A stretch of 64,000 bases of DNA from the human T2T-CHM13v2.0 reference genome, Homo sapiens. The notes beneath the pieces are model-generated. The model did not search any database. It saw only the letters and a list, made by a program, of their open reading frames with translations, and had not been told where the DNA came from. The translations under genes were made by a program, and so were the position numbers. Where the stretch lies: NCBI RefSeq assembly GCF_009914755.1, contig NC_060928.1; one strand, 5' to 3'. Positions 57,200 to 64,000 of the stretch are shown here, piece after piece (the first letter of the stretch is position 1; each line of letters begins with the position of its first letter).

Positions 57200-57439
57200 T
57201 TTGGAGTAGGGTTAGTTGAGTAAATACATTCTGCAAGTATAGAATCAGATCTTGTCTTTATTTAAATCTGTAATATTTTGTTCATTACATTTCTAAAAAT
57301 AATTTAGATTTACAATATTGCACTAAAATATTATTTATCTTGATTCCTGAATGTTTTCCTCCCCCACCTTTACCCACTTAAATTTTGTGCCTGAGTCTGA
57401 AAAGTGAGTCTCACTCACTTTATCTTAGTTTTAAGCCTG
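57200..57439 (-). mobile_element. MER96B-like hAT element
   Basis: gatcttgtctttatttaaa..aaaatattatttatcttgatt..cttaaattttgtgcctgag..ctcactcac. Confidence 0.7.
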
Positions 57440-58010
57440 GTATACATGTGTGAAACTGTCAATGCAATCAAGATGTTAAGCATGTCTGTCACCCCAAAAA
57501 GTCTCATGTCCCTTTGTAATCTCTTCCTTCTGCCACTCCCCACTTAGACCTCTCCCAGTAACCAGGTAACCACTAATCTGTTTTCTATTACCATATATTA
57601 GTTTGAATTTCCTAGAGCTTTATATAAATGACAATATAGAGTATCCTTTCTCTTTTATCTTCTTTCATCCAGCATAATTATTACCATGTTGTGACATGTT
57701 CACTCTTTTTTTAAGTGCTAAGTAGTATTATGTCCTTCCACCTGTTGATGGACATTTGGGTTGTTTCCAGTTTTAAAGTATTACAAATAAAGCTGCTTGA
57801 ACATTCATGTGTAAGTCTTTGTAGGTATATATGCTTTTCTTTCTCTTATCTAAATATCTAGGAGTAGAATTCCTGGATCAAATGATAAATGTATGTCTAA
57901 CTTTTTAAGACGTTGCCAAACTATTTTCAAAATAAATGAATCATTTTATGTTCTCAGCAGCAATATGTGAGAATCCTAGGTCCACCACACCCTCACTGAC
58001 ATTTAGTTTG
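57440..58010 (-). mobile_element. L1MB-like 3' fragment
   Basis: caggtaaccactaatctgttttct..gttgatggacatttgggttgtttccagtttt..ggagtagaattcctggatca. Confidence 0.8.
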
Positions 58011-58303
58011 GAGAGGTGCGATGAGGAGATCTGACAGAAAATAAAAGTGAGGGAGGACTTGCAAACTGCCTTTACTTTGAGTGTGTTCCCCAATCCACAC
58101 AAAGATCGACTGCTTAAGTGTAGAAGGCTTATGAGTTCAAGTTGTTTATGTATAACCGCTAACAAATCATTAAGTGACCACTAAGATATGTTGACAAAGG
58201 TGCAATCCCTAAAAATCCAGGCTTAAAAATTAAATTAGTAATGAAAAAATAATAAATCAGAGCAGAAACATTAGCAACTGCACATTGTGTGCAAGAAAGA
58301 CTA

Positions 58304-58655
<352 letters not shown>

Positions 58656-58674
58656 CTAAATAAAAATCCCCCCC

Positions 58675-58677
<3 letters not shown>

Positions 58678-58722
<45 letters not shown>
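58678..58722. repeat. (CA)n microsatellite, about 22 units
   Basis: Read directly. Confidence 0.97.
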
Positions 58723-58727
<5 letters not shown>

Positions 58728-58752
58728 CAGTGACAATTCTTTGGGGGAAGAA

Positions 58753-59036
58753 AGTATTAGTTTTCTTTGCTGTAATTGCTACAGCCTAGTGACTTAAAGC
58801 AACATAAATTTATCATCTCAGTTTCCATGAGTCAGAAGTCGGGGCATAGCTTAACTGATTCCTTTGCTCAGTTAATCAATAGCTTAACTGATTCCTTTGC
58901 AAGGCAAGAGTTAAGCGGTCAGCTGGGGCTGAGGTCTCATCTGAGGCTTAGGTCTTCAGAATTTATATGACTGTTAGCAGAATGTATTTATTTTCTTACA
59001 GCCATGGAACTCATGGTGGCTTCCTTCCTTAGGATG

Positions 59037-59076
<40 letters not shown>

Positions 59077-59349
59077 TGCTAGTCCCTAATTTCCTGAATG
59101 TCTCTAAAGGGCTTCCCAATAGGTCACACTCACCTAAGATAATCTCACTTTTGATTAACTCTAAGTCAGTTGGGTAGAAACCTTTATTTCATTTGGAAAA
59201 ATCCATTTACCTTTACTATATAATATAAACTAATCATGGTAGTGACATCCATCAAGTTCATAGGTTCTGCTCAAACTCAAGGAGATTATTCAGTACATGT
59301 ACACTAGAAAGTAGGAATTCTGAAGGTCATCTTATAATTCTGTAACAAC
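58753..59349 (-). mobile_element. MLT1 (F/G-like) LTR containing (GA)n at 59040-59071
   Basis: gtattagttttct..ttaaagcaacataaatttatcatctcagtttc..gataatctcacttttgattaactc..gtcatcttataattctg. Confidence 0.8.
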
Positions 59350-60650
59350 AAAGACTTGCTATATTATCTAAAATGTAAAATTTCAACAAAAAATTATAAT
59401 ACTTGAAATGGAGAAGGGTTACTTGTACACAGAAAAAAAAAGCAGCCAATATATATTGTATTGAAAAGGGCCAGGATGTTGTATTTAGCAAACAAAAATG
59501 TCAAAACAGTGGTCACAAGTGTGTTCAAAAACTAAATGAAATAATGTTTAAAGAATTAAAGATAAGTATGATTACTTACTCATCAAAGAACAAATTGCTC
59601 ATCAAATAAAGAATAAAAAAAGAGATAGAAATTATTTTTTCAAAAAAATTTTCTGAGCTTCAAAAGCACAGTAACAGAAATAAAACATATCAGAGAGGCT
59701 CCAAGCTACTTTAAACTGGTAGAAGAGAGAATCTGTGCATAATAGATCAGTAGAAATTGTCTAATTTGAAGAAACAAAGAGGGAAGAGTAAAGAGTGAAG
59801 AAAAATGAACACAGCCTTAAAGACCTGGGGGACATCACTGAGTGAACCCATACATATGTATATAATGGAAGTTCTAGAAGGAGAGGTGATAAAAGAATAA
59901 ATATATATATATAGGACTCATAGCAAAAACTTCCCAAACTTGATTGAGAACATTTAACTACACATCTAAGAATCTCAAAAACTCCAAGTAGAACACACTC
60001 AGAGATATGTACCCAAATGTATTGTGGTCAAACTGTTGAAAGCCCAAAACAGAAAATGTTAAAAAGAAAAAAACCACACACACAAGAGAAATATGACTTA
60101 AAATATACAGGCTAACTACAATAAAATTCAGAGTACTTCAGACCCAATGGAGGTCAGAGGCCAAGAGAATGGCATATTTAAATTATTAAAAGAAAGAAAT
60201 GCCAATCATAAATTTTATATTCAGCAAAACTATCCTTCATAAATGAAGGTGAAATAAAAACATTCCTAGCAGACCTGCTTTATGATAAATACTAAAGGAA
60301 GTCCTTAAGGCTGAACAAAATTATACTAAGTAGTAACTCACATATACCTGAAAAAATAATGTTTATGGTAAAGGTAATATAAAAAAGTATATATATATTT
60401 ACATGTATGTGTGTATATATATTTACATGTATATATATATATCTTTTTTAACGAATTTAAAAGACAACCATATAAAAATAAACGTTATCAAACTGTATCA
60501 TTGCCCTTATAATGTATAAACATATAGTATACATGACAACCATAGCACAACATAGGAAGGAGAAAATAGAGCTATATCAGAAAAAAACTCCTATATTATT
60601 GCACAACTCTATAAATTGTACTTTAGAAATTATTGTATTGTACACGTAGG
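59350..60650 (+). mobile_element. Old L1M (MC/ME) ORF1-region fragment
   Basis: gaagaaaaatgaacacagcctt..aaaacttcccaaacttgat..aattttatattcagcaaaactatccttcataaatgaaggtgaaataaaaacattcc. Confidence 0.75.
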
Positions 60651-60654
60651 ATAG

Positions 60655-61016
60655 TGTATTAGTTCATTTTCATGCTGCTGATAAAGACATACCCAAGACC
60701 ACGTAATTTATAAAGGAAAACAGTTTTAATGGACTCACAGTTCCCTGTGGCTTGGGAGGTCTCACAATCATGGTGGAAGGTTAAAGGCAAGTCTTACACA
60801 GCAGCAGACAAGAGAGAATGAGAACCAAGTGAAAGGGGCTCCCCCTTATAAAACCATCAGATCTCATGAGACTTATTCACTACCATGAGAAGAGTATGGA
60901 AGAAACCACCCCCATGATTCAATTATCTCCCACTGGGTCCCTCCCACAGCAAGTGGGAATTAAGGCAGCTACAATTCAAGATGAGATTTGGGTGGGAACA
61001 CAGCCAAACCATATCG
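60655..61016 (-). mobile_element. THE1B-like solo LTR
   Basis: THE1 termini. Perfect 5-bp TSD GATAG at 60650-54 and 61017-21. Confidence 0.94.
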
Positions 61017-63065
61017 GATAGGAAAATTTTATGATATACAGATTATATCTCAATAAATTTGGTATAAAAAAAATCAGGGCCAAATTTCTGCCAGGTATCA
61101 CTTTACACTTTTATAAAAATAAATATTTTTCTAGAGTTCCAGTGACTTCCTTACTGGTCTAAAGAGCACTACAAAAATAATGCATGTAAATTATGCTTTT
61201 TCATAACTATTTACACTTAACATTTGTTTCAATGAAATGAAGCCAAAACATAAAATTCCAAAGCAAAGTTAGATCATGAATTGGCAGTGGAAGTCTGTAC
61301 AGTGATGTCTGAATAGAGAGGAAAAAATAAAGCTGGAAAATTGAATCCAAATAGGGACCCTAAAGCTTCTGATATTGCCCCAGGTATTGTGTACAATATA
61401 AGGAGGACTTACAATGTAAGGAAGTTTTATAGTTCAACTGAAGGCTTGCAGTGGGAGTCAGAATGGCTAGCTCTGTGTTCTGACTGACTTAGAGGAAGCT
61501 TTCTCCACAACATTGTGCTAAACATTCTCTTGGGATAGCATGCTATTTATCACTAGAAAAAAAAATTGTTTTGTAGCATGATGTGTTAGAATGTTGTTTC
61601 ACTCTAAAGATGATGCTTTCTAGTGGGAGTTCAGCAGAAAATATAATGAAATTTGTACAAAATCCCACATAACCAAATCATTAGTTAGAACCATATTTTG
61701 GAGTTTTATAAAGTATTAATTCTAAAATATGTTCATGTAACAAGCATAAAACCAAGCTAAGTATAGCAAACAATGTAATCAGGAAATACCTGATTTAGGC
61801 TGCATTAGTAAATAGACATGAATATATATCAAAACTACACACAGATTTGCAGGAACTTCCTAATTCCAAATCATGGACAACTGTGTTTCTGAAATTCTTG
61901 GGTTGTTATTCATTATGAAAATGGTGTGTATTGGAAAATAAAGGTTAGTAATTTTGAGTTACAGTTTTATAATATAAATGATGTATTTCAATAATTATCT
62001 TGAGAGTTACACATTGGTTCAAAGAAATTTAGCACAATGGATTCCTCTGTTTCTAGGAAAAACAAGAATGAATCCATTACAAAGAATATAAAGAGGAAAA
62101 TATTCTATTAGTGTATTATTTGTTATTTGACAATGTCTTATTAATTACATAGCATCTTTTATATCTATAACCTCAGCTTTCAGCTCCTCATTCATTCCTT
62201 AATTCATTTACTTAATTCATAATTAACTTTTTAAGGAATGAAACTGGATGACAGAGGAGTGAATAGTGTATCAATTCCAGGTTCAGACCTTGGTTTGGTC
62301 TTTATTTTTCATTCCTTTCTTCTCACTTCCTACCTCTCTACCTTCCCTTTTTGACTGTTTGGTAGAGAAAAGCATTCAAAACTGATAATAGAAAATAAGA
62401 CAAAAGTACTATGGGAGTCTTGGCATTGGCAGCCATCTCACAATCTTTCTGTTGCTGTTTTCTTTTATCTATTTCAGCAAGAGTTAATCTGCACAGCCGT
62501 CACTGAATCTATATTGGTAAGACAACATGTTGCATGGTTCTGAAAGGATATTCTATATTCCTTACTGCCTGCAGAAAAAGGGGACAATAAACAGCAGAAA
62601 CAAATACTATTTACACTAGACAAAATGACAACACCACTCACTGGCGGATGGGCTGGACTGCTTACCTAATCCTATACATGCTGTGAGGTTAGCCACCCTC
62701 CACAAGGGATCATCTTCTCTCGGCTGTTGGTTAGTGACCCAGGGGTCAGAGGGTGGAGAGATACCTGGAACGGCATAATTGCGTTGGACTTAGGTCATTT
62801 TCTCCATATCTGTTTCCCCCTCTACTCTAGGCTGGACCTTATACTGAAAGGTAGTGGTGGTAAGGCATCATCCTAGAAGCAGTCCCTTCTCCTGGCTGAT
62901 TGTTGTTGACTGATTGCTCATCAGAGCAGCTTTACATATATTACCTTTACTCTTCTCAGGAACATTTGCACTTGTAGGAGGAGACTCTATTCCAACTTTC
63001 CTCATCCGTTGGAGATAGAAATGAGTACAGTAATTCAGTAGTTACTGCAAGACTCATGGATCTTA

Positions 63066-63943
63066 TTGGGGCACAGAAACTAATATAGTATGGATATTTG
63101 TCCCCTTCAAATCTCATGTTGAAATGTGATTTCCAATATATTAGAGGTGGGACTTGGTAAGAGGTGTTTGGGTCATAGGGGCAGATCCCTCGTGAATGGC
63201 TTTATGCCCTACCCAGGATAATGAGTGAGTTATTGCTCTGTTAGTTCACTCAAGAGCAGGAGGCTGGCACCTCCCCCACTCTCTTTTTCCCTCCCTCACC
63301 ACGTGACATGCCTGCGAGCACACCTGCTCTGCCTTTGCCTTCTGCCAAAAGTAAAAGTTTTCTCAGGCCTCAATAGAAACCAAGCAGATACTGGTGCAAT
63401 GCTTGTATAGCCTGCAGAGCCATGAGCCAAATATACCTTTTTTCTTTATAAATTACTCAGTCTCAGGTATTCCTTTATAGCAGTGCACAATAGACTAATA
63501 CAGAAGTTGATAGCCCAAAATGTGGCATTTTGACATGCTGAACTGAAGAAGCTTCAAGCTGTCTCTGGCCTTCCCCTTCCCTCTGATTCTCCCAAAGCCT
63601 TTATCTACCTAAGATCAGACCCAACAAAAGAAAAAAAAGTTTTTGTTCCTCTCCTTATAATACCAAAAGTGTAACCACACCTGAACAGAATCTTTCACAA
63701 GATAATGTACAAGTTAATTTCTGTTTCCTGATCTATTTATCCTTCCTAGTAATCCACTCAACAGAATTTCTCTTTTCCTGAACCATGCTGTGGGATAGGA
63801 AATCACTCAGTGATTTTCCTATGTATACACATTAAATAGTTTTGTATACTTTTCTCCTATTAATCTGCTTCATGTCAGTAATTTTTAATGAACCTTCAGA
63901 AGCCCAAGGGGAACTTTCAAATTTCAAGTTTTCTATCTCTACA
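63066..63943 (+). mobile_element. MER39/MER34-like ERV1 LTR interrupted near its 5' end by MSTB
   Basis: tattggggcacagaaac, then after the MST insert gatagcccaaaatgtggcattttgacatgctgaactgaagaag..cttttctcctattaatctgc..gaaccttcaga. Confidence 0.75.
63081..63502 (+). mobile_element. MSTB-like solo LTR
   Basis: tggatatttgtccccttcaaatctcatgttgaaatgtgat..cagtctcaggtattcctttatagca..gactaataca. Confidence 0.9.
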
Positions 63944-64000
63944 AAGCTTAACAAGGGCAAGAAAATACGGATACATCTAGAAGTTCCTCTCCTTGTAGGC

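Noticed and set aside
60385-60442. Palindromic (TA)-rich tract
   Set aside because: Low-complexity TA/TG microsatellite; self-complementarity is trivial.

Overview
Primate (human-like) AT-rich, gene-poor nuclear DNA. By my own tally roughly two thirds is interspersed repeat: L1PA/PB/MA/MC/ME LINEs, Alus, MaLR LTRs (THE1/MST/MLT1), ERV1 LTRs (MER31, LTR12, MER39/34-like) and DNA transposons (Tigger4, MER5A, MER96B). I find no intact protein-coding gene, RNA gene or CRISPR array. Every ORF in the track I could recognise is a decayed L1, Tigger, Alu or LTR frame; the rest look like chance ORFs. I do not see a novel biological system. The notable signals are structural. (1) An old L1PB appears split into two oppositely oriented, complementary halves (1-3650 minus, about 11008-13427 plus), implying a ~9.8-kb inversion with a 50-bp templated inverted copy at one breakpoint and a TSD-less L1PA tail at the other. 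(2) Two small polyadenylated retrocopies are nested in repeats. (3) An ~18-kb nested stack is hosted by one L1MA. (4) There are several templated-insertion or slippage scars. (5) There is one well-formed candidate exon and a few homeobox-motif-rich unique blocks. Subfamily names come from remembered consensus sequences and need RepeatMasker/Dfam confirmation.
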